Assembly: GCA_947451035.1 (NCBI GenBank)
Contig: CANFXR010000003.1
Location: 221 to 64,220, forward strand
Length of the DNA stretch: 64,000 nt
Origin: Burkholderiales bacterium
GTDB lineage: Bacteria; Pseudomonadota; Gammaproteobacteria; Burkholderiales; Burkholderiaceae_C
Reading direction: 5' to 3'
Shown here: positions 63,096-64,000 of the stretch, in pieces
Position numbering within the stretch: position 1 is the first letter of the stretch
How the letters are laid out: each line of letters opens with the position of its first letter
Made by a program: the position numbers and the translations under genes
Notes under the pieces: model-generated
Told to the model about the DNA's origin: nothing
Database searches by the model: none
Seen by the model: the letters and a program-made list of their open reading frames with translations, nothing else

Positions 63096-64000
63096 ATGAA
63101 TATGATGAGTAACAAGGAAGTTGGTTTTGCCGACCTCTTGAAGAATGGCAAGACCCTCAAGCAGCACCGTGACGAGATGCTCGCCCGGACCAAGGAAACG
63201 GGCCACTACAACGGCCTGACCAAGTTGGCTCTGCGTGACAGTGATCCTATCGGCTACGAAAAGCTGTTCTCGAAGCTTCGCGGTGGTCTGGTTCACGCTC
63301 GTGAAACCGCCAAGAAGATTGCAGCCAGCCCTATCGTTGAGCAAGAAGGCGAACTGTGCTTCACGCTGTACAACGCGGTCGGTGACTGCGTCTTGACCTC
63401 AACCGGCATCATCATCCACTGCGGAACGATGGGCGCTGCGATCAAGTACATGTGCGAGAACAACTGGGAATCCAACCCAGGCATCGCTGACGGTGACATG
63501 TTCACCAACAACGATTGCGCGATCGGTAACGTGCACCCTTGCGACATTCAGACCATCGTGCCGATCTTCCACGAAGGTCGTTTGATCGGCTGGGTTGGCG
63601 GCGTGACCCACGTGATCGACACCGGTGCTGTGACTCCTGGCTCGATGAATACCGGACAGGTTTCTCGTTTCGGCGACGGCTACATGATCACCTGCCGCAA
63701 GACCGGTGTGAATGACACACCTCTGCGCGACTGGCTGCATGAGAGCCAGCGTTCGGTCCGTACGCCTAAGTACTGGATCCTTGATGAGAAGACCCGTATC
63801 GCCGGCTGCCACATGATCCGTGAACTCGTTCACGAAGTCATTGCTGCCGACGGTATCGTGAACTACGAAGCCTTCTGCCATGAAGTGATTGAAGAAGGCC
63901 GTCAAGGTCTGATCATGCGCATCAAGGCGATGTGCATTCCTGGCATTTACCGCAAGGTGGCTTTCGTTGACGTGCCATATGCGCACGACGACGTGGGTGT
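63096..64000 (+). CDS. acxB: Acetone carboxylase alpha subunit (hydantoinase B family), 3' end beyond window
   Basis: This ORF is absent from the supplied track because it is open at the right edge. AAGGAG lies 8 nt before ATG 63096. My translation is MNMMSNKEVGFADLLKNGKTLKQHRDEMLARTKETGHYNGL...SPIVEQEGELCFTLYN...IHCGTMGAAIKYM.... Confidence 0.75.
   Translation, partial: MNMMSNKEVGFADLLKNGKTLKQHRDEMLARTKETGHYNGLTKLALRDSDPIGYEKLFSKLRGGLVHARETAKKIAASPIVEQEGELCFTLYNAVGDCVLTSTGIIIHCGTMGAAIKYMCENNWESNPGIADGDMFTNNDCAIGNVHPCDIQTIVPIFHEGRLIGWVGGVTHVIDTGAVTPGSMNTGQVSRFGDGYMITCRKTGVNDTPLRDWLHESQRSVRTPKYWILDEKTRIAGCHMIRELVHEVIAADGIVNYEAFCHEVIEEGRQGLIMRIKAMCIPGIYRKVAFVDVPYAHDDVG

Noticed and set aside
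1-64000. A scan for CRISPR arrays, rRNA genes, IS/transposase genes, integrases and toxin-antitoxin pairs.
   Set aside because: No regularly spaced short direct repeats were found, and no rRNA-like sequence. No ORF had a DDE, tyrosine-recombinase or serine-recombinase signature. The only mobility-like signals are compositional shifts and the nrdR 3' relic.

Overview
High-GC bacterial chromosome segment. Hand counts on single 60-nt lines gave 41/60 G+C at nt 1-60, 34/60 at nt 61021-61080 and 25/60 at nt 59161-59220. Gene content looks like a Burkholderiales/Comamonadaceae-type betaproteobacterium, which is inference only. I support about 60 protein genes, one tRNA-Ser(UGA), one ZTP-riboswitch candidate and several regulatory sites. 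I saw no rRNA, CRISPR array, transposase or integrase. Left to right the window holds: the dnaE2 3' end; a CPBP protease next to a sorted cytochrome-c/Ig-repeat protein; a TlpA-DUF4266-DUF3570-ApbE-DsbD envelope redox cluster; a CDF transporter; a six-gene membrane-lipid cluster in three head-to-head pairs with Pho-box-like repeats (OlsB-like, PlcP/LpxH-like, Psd-like, class-III aminotransferase, Mpo1/DUF962-like, GT4); a second, lower-GC CDF gene beside tRNA-Ser; ubiU-ubiV-ubiT with an FNR/Anr-like box; apaH; CNNM, MFS and RlmN-like genes; an 852-aa orphan GspE-family ATPase with four tandem MshEN-like motifs; yqjE/yqjK-like genes; ybgC-tolQRA; nusB-ribH-ribBA-ribE-ribD; an atypical minor-pilin operon; a relic copy of the nrdR 3' end that, with the intact nrdR, brackets about 5.5 kb carrying a membrane-anchored Mrr-like nuclease and a TatT-type TRAP transporter; nrdR-glyA with the ZTP riboswitch; a lytic transglycosylase; ubiD; and a lower-GC catabolic block (acyl-CoA ligase, thiolase, acxR, sigma-54 promoter, acxA, acxB) interrupted by a much lower-GC islet encoding an AbiV-like protein. 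The strongest candidates for undescribed biology are three: the ApbE-linked redox cluster, whose predicted outer-membrane barrel carries two flavinylation-type SGAT motifs; the Pho-box lipid cluster, which contains a Psd-like/aminotransferase pair of unknown product; and the orphan multi-MshEN ATPase. All family assignments come from motif recognition by eye. No database search was run.
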